DNA of 64,000 bases from contig OY762069.1 of the NCBI GenBank assembly GCA_963665095.1, positions 5,088,001-5,152,000 on the forward strand. The letters run 5' to 3'. Positions 9,987 through 16,901 of this stretch are shown here, one piece after another. The notes under the pieces are model-generated. The model did no database searches, was not told the origin of the DNA, and was given only the letters and a program-made list of their open reading frames with translations. Origin of the DNA: an uncultured Desulfobacter sp. GTDB lineage: Bacteria; Desulfobacterota; Desulfobacteria; Desulfobacterales; Desulfobacteraceae. Position 1 is the first letter of the stretch; every line of letters starts with the position of its first letter. The position numbers were made by a program, and so were the translations under genes.

Positions 9987-11333
9987 ATGGATAAAGCAAC
10001 CATACTGATTGCAGACGATGAAGAGCGAATGCGCCATCTTCTCGCGTTGATGCTTGAAAGAAACGGATACCAGGTTGATCAGGCCAAAGACGGGGCAGAT
10101 GCCCTGGAAAGGCTGAAGGAAAATCAGTACGACCTGTTGGTCAGTGATATAAAAATGCCCAACATGGACGGAATGACGCTGCTCAAACGGTTGAGGGAGG
10201 AGGATATTCTGCTGCCGGTGGTTTTTATCACAGCCTTTGCCACAGTGGACGCTTCGGTGGAAGCCATGAAGGCCGGAGCGTCTGATTATATTACCAAGCC
10301 GTTTGAAGAGGAACGAATTATTATGACGGTGGGCCGGTGCCTTGACCTGGGCAGGGTTCTGGCCGAAAACAGGCGGCTTAAAGAGGAAATAAGAAGCATT
10401 TCCTACAAACGAAGTATTATATATGAATCAAGGCAGATGAATGATGTGATGGGGCTTGGTTCACGGGTGGCGCCGACTTCCTCCGCAGTAATGATCACCG
10501 GAGAATCTGGAACTGGAAAAGAGCTGCTGGCCAGATATATCCATGAGAACAGTGAGCGCAAGGACAGCCGGTTTGTTCCATTGAACTGTGCCGCCATCAC
10601 CCCCACCCTGGTTGAATCTGAACTTTTCGGGTATGAAAAAGGCGCGTTTACAGGGGCGGAGTCCCGGAAAAAAGGCAAGTTCGAATATGCCACAAAGGGA
10701 ACCTTGTTTCTGGACGAAATCGGAGATATGCCGTGGGAGGCCCAGGCCAAACTGCTGAGGGCGCTTCAGGAACAGCGGTTTCAACGGGTTGGCGGTAACA
10801 GGGAAATCCCTGTTGATGTAAGGATTATCTGCGCCACAAACCAGAATTTAAAAAAGATGGCCGAGCAGGGGGATTTCAGGAGTGATCTGCTTTACAGGAT
10901 CAATGTATTTCCCATTGAAATGCCGGCGCTTCGGACCCGGCAGGAGGATATTGTTCCCCTTGCAAAACATTTTCTCTCCCTTCAGACCCGGAAAGGGGAT
11001 ATGGAATTGACTCAGGGTGCCTGCGATATGCTGTTGCAGTACCGCTGGCCTGGAAATGTCAGAGAGTTGCAGAATGTAATTGAACGGGCGGTTATTCTGG
11101 CAGGTGATGCCAAAATTATTACATCTGACATACTGTGTTTTCTTGAAGACAGTACGCCCATGCCTGAGGATGAAACCGGGTTTGTCCTGCCGGAAAGCGG
11201 TGTCTCCCTGGAAAGCATCCAGCTGGACCTTGCCAGGCAGGCCCTGGAAAAAACCGGGCATAACCAGACCGCAGCCGCTAAACTTTTAGGGATGACCCGG
11301 GCAAAATTCAGGGTATTGATAAAAAAAACATGA
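9987..11333 (+). CDS. Sigma54-dependent NtrC-family response regulator (REC-AAA+-Fis HTH)
   Basis: REC (DD..DIKMP), Walker A GESGTGKE, GAFTGA, FLDEIGD, WPGNVRELQN, C-terminal HTH. Confidence 0.96.
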   Translation: MDKATILIADDEERMRHLLALMLERNGYQVDQAKDGADALERLKENQYDLLVSDIKMPNMDGMTLLKRLREEDILLPVVFITAFATVDASVEAMKAGASDYITKPFEEERIIMTVGRCLDLGRVLAENRRLKEEIRSISYKRSIIYESRQMNDVMGLGSRVAPTSSAVMITGESGTGKELLARYIHENSERKDSRFVPLNCAAITPTLVESELFGYEKGAFTGAESRKKGKFEYATKGTLFLDEIGDMPWEAQAKLLRALQEQRFQRVGGNREIPVDVRIICATNQNLKKMAEQGDFRSDLLYRINVFPIEMPALRTRQEDIVPLAKHFLSLQTRKGDMELTQGACDMLLQYRWPGNVRELQNVIERAVILAGDAKIITSDILCFLEDSTPMPEDETGFVLPESGVSLESIQLDLARQALEKTGHNQTAAAKLLGMTRAKFRVLIKKT

Positions 11334-11410
11334 CCGCCGGGTGTGGGGCCGGGGAATTCAGGTTAAGCGTCTGATGGGCCCTGAACAATGAGTGGGAACA
11401 TGCAACTGCA

Positions 11411-13519
11411 ATGAAGAATAAAAGGAAACAAACAATCTGGAAGATGATGAAGCAGTTCCGGCTGGTAAAGACCGGCGTGCAGTCGTTTTATTTTGTCGCC
11501 TTTTTATTGTTTGGCTGGCTGGGCTGTTGCACTGTTTTTCAGCCGGCAAATATCTGCCGGGCCGAGGATAATACAGACCTCATGTTTGTGGGCGAGGCGC
11601 TTGACGTTATTACCACTGCCTCAGGGCGGGAGGAAGGCGCGTGGAAAGCGCCTGTTATCGCAGATGTGATTTCCCTTGAGCTGATGGAACAAAGCTGTGC
11701 ATCCGATCTGGCCGATCTGCTGGAATCGGAACCTGGTTTTTTTATATCTCCCAGCGAAGCGGGATACAGCGTTGAGTTAAGGGGGATTCCTGACTCTGTT
11801 TTGTTTTTATACGATTCTGTGCCCACCGGTGCCGGACTGAATAAAACATTTAACAGTATTAATCCCTACCTCTCTTTGGAATCCATTAAACGAATTGAGA
11901 TCGTTAAAGGTCCGGGATCTGTTTTGTGGGGACCGGACGCCTTTGCAGGGATTGTGAATATTGTACCGCTGACCGGAAAAGATTTTCAGGGTGTTGAAAC
12001 AGGACTTCGCTGGGGATCCTCCCAAATAGAAGAAAGCGCCTATGTCCGCTGGGGCGGGAAAAAGGGAGACAGAAACTGGTTTTTGGCTTTGAACGGCGGG
12101 CGGGGACAAAAGGACGACAGGGATGAGTACAATGTTGTCCGTTTCTGGGGAACAGACAACGCTTCGGATCCTGTAAGTCCTGAATCGCGATATGGAAACG
12201 GTACGGTAGATAATCCGGAATTTCTGGAACTGGTTGGAAACTCAGGCGTTGGGGATTTGTTTAAGCTCAGCACCAGTTTTTCCTTTTATAATATGCCCTA
12301 TACCCGGTCCACCGAAGACGATGCCTGGGTATGGAAGGAAGAAAATACGGCATTTTCTGGGTTTATAAAGCTTGAAGGCAGCAAAAAATATAATTTCAGT
12401 TCAGGGTTCAGGTGGACGGCGTATATGTCCTGGTTCAACACCTCTACGGAAATTGTGGACCTGGACCTTGACAGCCGGGACCGGGTTCTGTTTGGTGAAC
12501 TGGTGCATGAAAAAACAGTATGGCGCGGCAATGGCCTTCTGACAACCGGGCTGTCCATCCGGCATGAGGATGTGGAAGATCTGCCGGTGTGGAACCACTA
12601 TTATCCGGATTATTTCTCAAGTGACAACACCTCCTTCCTTCCCTCCTGGGATGCATATGATTATTCAATTTTAACCACATCGGTTTTCAGCCAGTACCAG
12701 CATACCATAAAGCAGATGGATTTCTGGGCCGGAGTCAGAGGGGATGACCATGAAGCCTCCGGCAGCAATATCTCATATAATATCGGGGGGGCATGGAATC
12801 CATCTGATCAGTGGGGTATTAAGACCTTGTACGGGAATGCATACCGGACACCTGTGGCAAAACAGCTCCAGGAGGGAAAAACAGATATGGAAAATATAGA
12901 AACCCTGTCCGTTCAGACCGAGTGGAAGCCGGATAAAAAATTTTCCTTGGGTATCACCGGGTTTGTCAGTGATATGAGTGACGGGTATGTGGAAGACCCC
13001 GCCTTAGGGCTTTCAGAACCTGTAAACAGAAGATTTTATGGTACAGAGTTGAAAATCCGGTATTCACCGCTCCTGGATCTTGTGCTTAAATCCGGTCTCT
13101 CCTGGGTTAAAAGCACTGGTGAAGATATCCATTTCAGATACCATGATTACTCTTACTGGCAGGACGGGGAAATTGTTGACCATTACAAGGATATTTATGA
13201 ACCCTATGATGGCGGACCTGAGCTGCAGTTCAATACAGAAGTATCATATCAGATAAATGAAGATATTAGCATCAGGGCGGAGTGCCGGTATATTTCGGAA
13301 CGAACGGCCAGATATCTGGTGGAGGAGACTATTCACACCTATGAGGATGTCTGGCTGCTGGATGTCGGTTTAAAAATAGCCAATTTGCCGGTATGTCACC
13401 TGGATGCAGACATATCTTTTAAAAATGTTTTTAATACACAGTATTGGCAGCCAGGGATCTATGGACCTGTAAAGGGAGACGGATTCAGTGTGGAAATCGG
13501 AATCGGAAAACGGTTCTAG
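11411..13519 (+). CDS. TonB-dependent outer-membrane receptor
   Basis: Plug motif IKRIEIVKGPGSVLWGPDAFAGIVNIV; beta-barrel pattern; KNVFN..Y; C-terminal Phe. Start codon uncertain (11411-11447). Confidence 0.9.
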   Translation: MKNKRKQTIWKMMKQFRLVKTGVQSFYFVAFLLFGWLGCCTVFQPANICRAEDNTDLMFVGEALDVITTASGREEGAWKAPVIADVISLELMEQSCASDLADLLESEPGFFISPSEAGYSVELRGIPDSVLFLYDSVPTGAGLNKTFNSINPYLSLESIKRIEIVKGPGSVLWGPDAFAGIVNIVPLTGKDFQGVETGLRWGSSQIEESAYVRWGGKKGDRNWFLALNGGRGQKDDRDEYNVVRFWGTDNASDPVSPESRYGNGTVDNPEFLELVGNSGVGDLFKLSTSFSFYNMPYTRSTEDDAWVWKEENTAFSGFIKLEGSKKYNFSSGFRWTAYMSWFNTSTEIVDLDLDSRDRVLFGELVHEKTVWRGNGLLTTGLSIRHEDVEDLPVWNHYYPDYFSSDNTSFLPSWDAYDYSILTTSVFSQYQHTIKQMDFWAGVRGDDHEASGSNISYNIGGAWNPSDQWGIKTLYGNAYRTPVAKQLQEGKTDMENIETLSVQTEWKPDKKFSLGITGFVSDMSDGYVEDPALGLSEPVNRRFYGTELKIRYSPLLDLVLKSGLSWVKSTGEDIHFRYHDYSYWQDGEIVDHYKDIYEPYDGGPELQFNTEVSYQINEDISIRAECRYISERTARYLVEETIHTYEDVWLLDVGLKIANLPVCHLDADISFKNVFNTQYWQPGIYGPVKGDGFSVEIGIGKRF

Positions 13520-13683
13520 TCCGGGTGGTGGTTAAAAATAACCGCCGTGGTTTGTTATAGCCTTTATCTCAGACATACCTTTGAGTGAAATTTCTAAAAT
13601 AGTTTTCTGGGAAACAAAAATAACGTTTAATTTTCAATCTATTAGAAATTATTTTGTTGTGTGTTGTAAAAATGGAGAATATG

Positions 13684-13698
13684 GGTATGGTGTTTGCA
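13684..13698 (+). promoter_or_regulatory. Candidate sigma54 (-24/-12) promoter
   Basis: GGTATG-GTGT-TTGCA matches GGYAYR-N4-TTGCW with exact GG(13684-85)/GC(13696-97) spacing; AT-rich spacer upstream; sigma54 activator gene nearby. Confidence 0.5.
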
Positions 13699-13711
13699 TT
13701 GAGTGTTTCCT

Positions 13712-14812
13712 ATGATTAAACTGTGTATAAAAATAGCTTTGATTGCGCTGGCAGGTATCTTTTCGGTTTGGCCCGGTGTCTGTCCTGCGGTTGAGCTCAG
13801 CGTGGTTGAATATAAACTGCTTGAGCAGATCAATCAGAACCGGGAAACGGAATTGATTGTCAACTCAAAGCTGACCCAGGTTGCTCAAAGCCGTGCTGAA
13901 CAGTTTTACGAGGATGAGTTCGGTTCAGGGTCACAGGAAAATCAGGCGGTGACCATACAGGATGCCGGATACTTCGCTATAAGAACAGGTTTAAGTAACG
14001 GGCTTATTTTGTTTTCCAATTACATCTCCAGCGATAACGCAGCCGGTCTGCTGTATGAATCCCTGGTCAGAGAAGCAGAGTATGACGGGGAAGACTCCAA
14101 CCTTTTTTCCGAAAAAATTCTGGAAGCCGGGCTCTGTGTGTATGAAACCCAGGTGGCGATAAGCAGTATGCGGTTTAATGTATATATCGGCTCCCTGGTC
14201 TGGGCACAGCCGGTCATTGCGGAGAACTCTGATGCAGCCATCATTAAGGCCCAGGTGGAAAATCTCATTGACCAGCAGCGCAGTCTGCTGTCCCAAGGCC
14301 CCTTGTTCCAAACCGACATGTCAGAAGAGAGTGACGTGATCCAGGTGGCCTGTATCCTGAATGGTGAGGATGCCAATGCTTATTCAGAACAGATTTTCAG
14401 TCTTTTACAGGAAAATGAAAGGTTGTTTGAATCCAGTATTAATGCCATGGATCTCGCTGTGGATATCTGTCTGGTCCAGGCGGATACGGGGTATAAGCTG
14501 GAGGGGCGCGCAACCATCCGGTTGGCGGAAACAGATATAACAGAAAATTGGATCAAGGGCCTGGTCTATTCGGATACCAATTCAAATGGCATATACGACC
14601 CGGGAGAAGGGGTTGCAAATATCCCGATGGTGGTATATGATGCCGGCATTCATTCAAAAACCGGCATGGCAGGTAAAATCTTAGAGGCTGTAAGCACTGC
14701 CGGAAAAGGGTATCAGCTGGTTCTATTTCCCAGGGGATCAGGAACAATGATATATGAGGCAAATCAATCCAATATCGAATTTAATATCATTAATATTAAT
14801 AATATGTATTAA
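13712..14812 (+). CDS. Secreted protein with degenerate CAP/SCP-like domain(s) and C-terminal SdrD-B-like domain
   Basis: Signal peptide; LLEQINQNR..L..NSKLTQVAQSRA; IKGLVYSDTNSNGIYDPGEGVANI. Confidence 0.55.
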   Translation: MIKLCIKIALIALAGIFSVWPGVCPAVELSVVEYKLLEQINQNRETELIVNSKLTQVAQSRAEQFYEDEFGSGSQENQAVTIQDAGYFAIRTGLSNGLILFSNYISSDNAAGLLYESLVREAEYDGEDSNLFSEKILEAGLCVYETQVAISSMRFNVYIGSLVWAQPVIAENSDAAIIKAQVENLIDQQRSLLSQGPLFQTDMSEESDVIQVACILNGEDANAYSEQIFSLLQENERLFESSINAMDLAVDICLVQADTGYKLEGRATIRLAETDITENWIKGLVYSDTNSNGIYDPGEGVANIPMVVYDAGIHSKTGMAGKILEAVSTAGKGYQLVLFPRGSGTMIYEANQSNIEFNIININNMY

Positions 14813-14833
14813 ATCTTCACTTTAGATATTTCT

Positions 14834-14845
14834 AAAGGAGGTGAT
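14834..14845 (+). promoter_or_regulatory. Orphan perfect Shine-Dalgarno sequence in 5' leader (STAB-SD-like)
   Basis: AAAGGAGGTGAT, a 12-nt complement of the 16S 3' end, ~90 nt upstream of ATG 14934, with no start codon at SD distance. Confidence 0.45.
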
Positions 14846-14933
14846 TACCGGAGTTTAAACTGAATCACGTAAGCTTTTTGGGAATGCAGTAAAAAAACAA
14901 ATCGTCAACAAAAACAATTTTAGGAGAAAAACG

Positions 14934-16754
14934 ATGAGAAGAATTTTTGTAGTGGCGGTAGCTCTGATGAGTGTAGCTCTTTTTGCTAATTCATCTTATG
15001 CTATCAACAAGGTTCAGATGACCTTGACCTCACCTACTATCTACAAATCTGGTTGCGAGAAAGCCGGTTCTACAACCTATGAATTTGACGCCGGTTCAGT
15101 TATCAATGCAGGCGACTGGTGGTACATGGATCTGCCTGAAAACATTACCCTTTGCAAAAATTATGATTTCGTAATTGCTGCAGCAGGTACTGCTAGCCCT
15201 GATGTTACCATCAATGCTGCATTATTGCCTTATCAGAATGTTGTTTTTAATAACGCAGCCGGAATTACCGCTGGCGGACTTAGCTCTCTTGTTCCGACTA
15301 CTGGTCCTGTCACAATCGGTGGGGATACAGCCGCTGCGGCTACGATTGTCAATAATTTTGCTTTTCTGGTAAAGGGAACTATCGGACAGAGAAGAATCAC
15401 CATTTACGCGTTGACAGACACTGCTGTGGCCGATACTCCTTCGATTACAGTTACCGCGGATACAACCCTGCAGATTAAATTGTTCGACGGCCAGGCATGG
15501 AGCTTGACTGACGGTACTCTGGCTGCTACTGACAACCGTATTCTGACCGATGCTGACGGTGACGGCACATACGGTGAAATCGGAGCCCTTGTGGCACTGG
15601 CAGGCAACGAAGTAATCGGAAATGTAAACACCGCTGATGTTACCCTAGGTGCCCCCTATGTTGAGAACACTCTGTGTATCAACGCAGAAGCAATGTCAGG
15701 ACAGTATGTATATACTTCCTATGCTTCCAAGCTTGACAAGTTCACCTTCTCCGGTGACTCCCAGATTGCTCATACTGCAACTGCCGGTTCCATTGCCCTT
15801 GCTTCCTGCAAAGACAGTGACCAGTTTGACATTGAAGTGGATTCTGCTCAGGGCGCAACCCAGTGCTGGTTTGACTATGAAGCAACCACTTCAGGTACCA
15901 ATGGTAACTACTGCAATACCGGATGGCCTTCAGTTGAAGAGCAGAGATTCCTGATCGAAGCAACTTCTGGGGCTTTCGGGGACATCGGCGACAAATACAC
16001 CATCACTGCTGAGATTACTTCTCCCAGCAACGGTGTTTACTTTGGCGGCGTTCCTGCTGTTACCCTGATCAAGAGCACACAAGACGAATGTAATGTGGCT
16101 GGTTCTGCTCCCACTACTGCTCCTGTATGGGTAGGAACTGATGATTCCGGTGATACCGTCACAGCCTATAACGGTGGTGATTGCTCAGTGGATGATAACG
16201 AAATGGCAGTGAAGCTGACCCAGACCGGTACTTCCGCTATTACTCTTGACGGTTATGATACCATTTATGTCAACTTTGCAGACTTTGTTTTCATGAATAC
16301 TGCTGTTGACGTTGGGGAAGAAGTAACTGTAGAGCTCACTCTGAACAGATATCCCTGCGGCGAAATTTTCTCTGATTCCAGAACAATCGGTACCTTTGTT
16401 GCCGAGTGTGGCACTGTTGCCGGTACCATGACTATCCGGTTCCCGTGGCTGCCTGGTTCAGATGCTGCCGGATGGTGGGGTGGTTTCGTTATCGCCAACT
16501 TCGGCGCTTCCGAAGGTACTGCTACTCTGACTTACAGGGATTCTGCAGGTGCAACTGCTACCTACACAACAGATGCGATTGCTGCCGGCAGCCAGTGGGT
16601 TTCCACTGCCATCACTGAGGCTGATCTGACCGACGTTGACGGTTATGATGCAGCCCTGAACTTCAGTGTTCAAGCTGTATGCGGTTTTACTGCAAGAGGC
16701 TTTGCCTTTACCGGAAACGGTGAAGAGGGTACTGGCTACGTTGTTAGCGATTAA
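14934..16754 (+). CDS. Candidate major surface-layer (S-layer-like) protein
   Basis: Sec signal (SYA|I); acidic, T/A/G/D-rich, ~11 Cys, DADGDG Ca-loop; strong GCT/ACT/GGT/GTT codon bias; good RBS AGGAG; two hairpins downstream. Confidence 0.6.
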   Translation: MRRIFVVAVALMSVALFANSSYAINKVQMTLTSPTIYKSGCEKAGSTTYEFDAGSVINAGDWWYMDLPENITLCKNYDFVIAAAGTASPDVTINAALLPYQNVVFNNAAGITAGGLSSLVPTTGPVTIGGDTAAAATIVNNFAFLVKGTIGQRRITIYALTDTAVADTPSITVTADTTLQIKLFDGQAWSLTDGTLAATDNRILTDADGDGTYGEIGALVALAGNEVIGNVNTADVTLGAPYVENTLCINAEAMSGQYVYTSYASKLDKFTFSGDSQIAHTATAGSIALASCKDSDQFDIEVDSAQGATQCWFDYEATTSGTNGNYCNTGWPSVEEQRFLIEATSGAFGDIGDKYTITAEITSPSNGVYFGGVPAVTLIKSTQDECNVAGSAPTTAPVWVGTDDSGDTVTAYNGGDCSVDDNEMAVKLTQTGTSAITLDGYDTIYVNFADFVFMNTAVDVGEEVTVELTLNRYPCGEIFSDSRTIGTFVAECGTVAGTMTIRFPWLPGSDAAGWWGGFVIANFGASEGTATLTYRDSAGATATYTTDAIAAGSQWVSTAITEADLTDVDGYDAALNFSVQAVCGFTARGFAFTGNGEEGTGYVVSD

Positions 16755-16780
16755 TCATTACGATTAACAAAATGTACAGC

Positions 16781-16808
16781 GGCGTCCGTTCCTTAAGGAG
16801 CGGACGCC
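16781..16808 (+). other. Strong 3'-UTR stem-loop
   Basis: GGCGTCCGTTCC-TTAA-GGAGCGGACGCC, 12-bp stem with one G-U pair. Confidence 0.7.
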
Positions 16809-16842
16809 TTCCCAAAACTTGATTCAGTTTAACTTACATATT

Positions 16843-16872
16843 AAAGGGGAAGGGGTAACCTTCCCCTTTTTT
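16843..16872 (+). terminator. Rho-independent terminator
   Basis: AAAGGGGAAGG-GGTAA-CCTTCCCCTTTTTT. Confidence 0.85.
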
Positions 16873-16901
16873 ATTGCCTGTATTAAATTCGGAGTTCACT
16901 A

